A stretch of DNA of 64,000 bases from Vicugna vicugna. Taxonomy: Eukaryota. The DNA lies in the NCBI GenBank assembly GCA_013265495.1, contig MU061579.1, positions 6,424,124-6,488,123 on the forward strand, given 5' to 3'. The position numbers and the translations under genes are program-made. This document shows, one piece after another, positions 63,733 to 64,000 of this stretch (position 1 is its first letter; each line of letters begins with the position of its first letter). The notes below the pieces were generated by a model that was not told the origin of the DNA, did no database searches, and was given only the letters and a program-made list of their open reading frames with translations.

Positions 63733-64000
63733 GCTGCACTGAGGCCAGTGGAGGGAGGGCAATCCCCTCCTTTGGACCAGAGTTCCTTCAACTTTACCAG
63801 TGAGCACAGCAGTGAACTCCTTACATCTCTCATCTAAAATAGACTGGAATTCCCAGAACATACCACAAAGCATGGGGCTTTTTTTATATTAAGAAAATGT
63901 TTGGATTATCTCTTATTAGTTGTGAAAGAAATGTTGTAATTGAGACTGATCTTCTACTTAGTTTGAATCTATATTAAACCTCATTTCTCAAGACAGTTTA

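Noticed and set aside
1..64000. Prokaryotic-style systems (CRISPR, operons, defence islands), tRNA/rRNA genes
   Set aside because: The sequence is mammalian; no repeat-spacer arrays, gene-dense ORFs or RNA-gene signatures seen.

Overview
AT-rich, CpG-depleted eutherian genomic DNA (intergenic or deep intronic) with no intact protein-coding gene, RNA gene, CRISPR array or prokaryotic feature that I can support. Much of the window is layered interspersed repeats: old L1M, L2 and MIR; MaLR and ERVL LTRs; ERV1 LTRs (MER34-like, MER41-like); Tigger and hAT DNA-transposon relics; and a younger cetartiodactyl-type L1. I see no Alu, Bov-A/tA, PRE1, CHR or Can-SINE, which tentatively suggests a camelid-like genome. 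The only gene-derived sequence is an intronless, highly diverged, disabled and shortened cTAGE5/MIA2-like retrocopy at ~63.0-63.7 kb. Other notable structures are a TSD-flanked, internally deleted L1 with ORF1 fused in frame to the ORF2 C-terminus, a two-LTR MLT1 provirus inside an L1MC/MD, an inverted L1 piece inside that L1, a 5'-inverted L1MA, two MER41-like LTRs with STAT-type motifs, and a locally duplicated candidate exon/regulatory block at 55.6-56.4 kb. Repeat family names come from my recall of consensus sequences, not from a database run, and boundaries are approximate unless a TSD is quoted.
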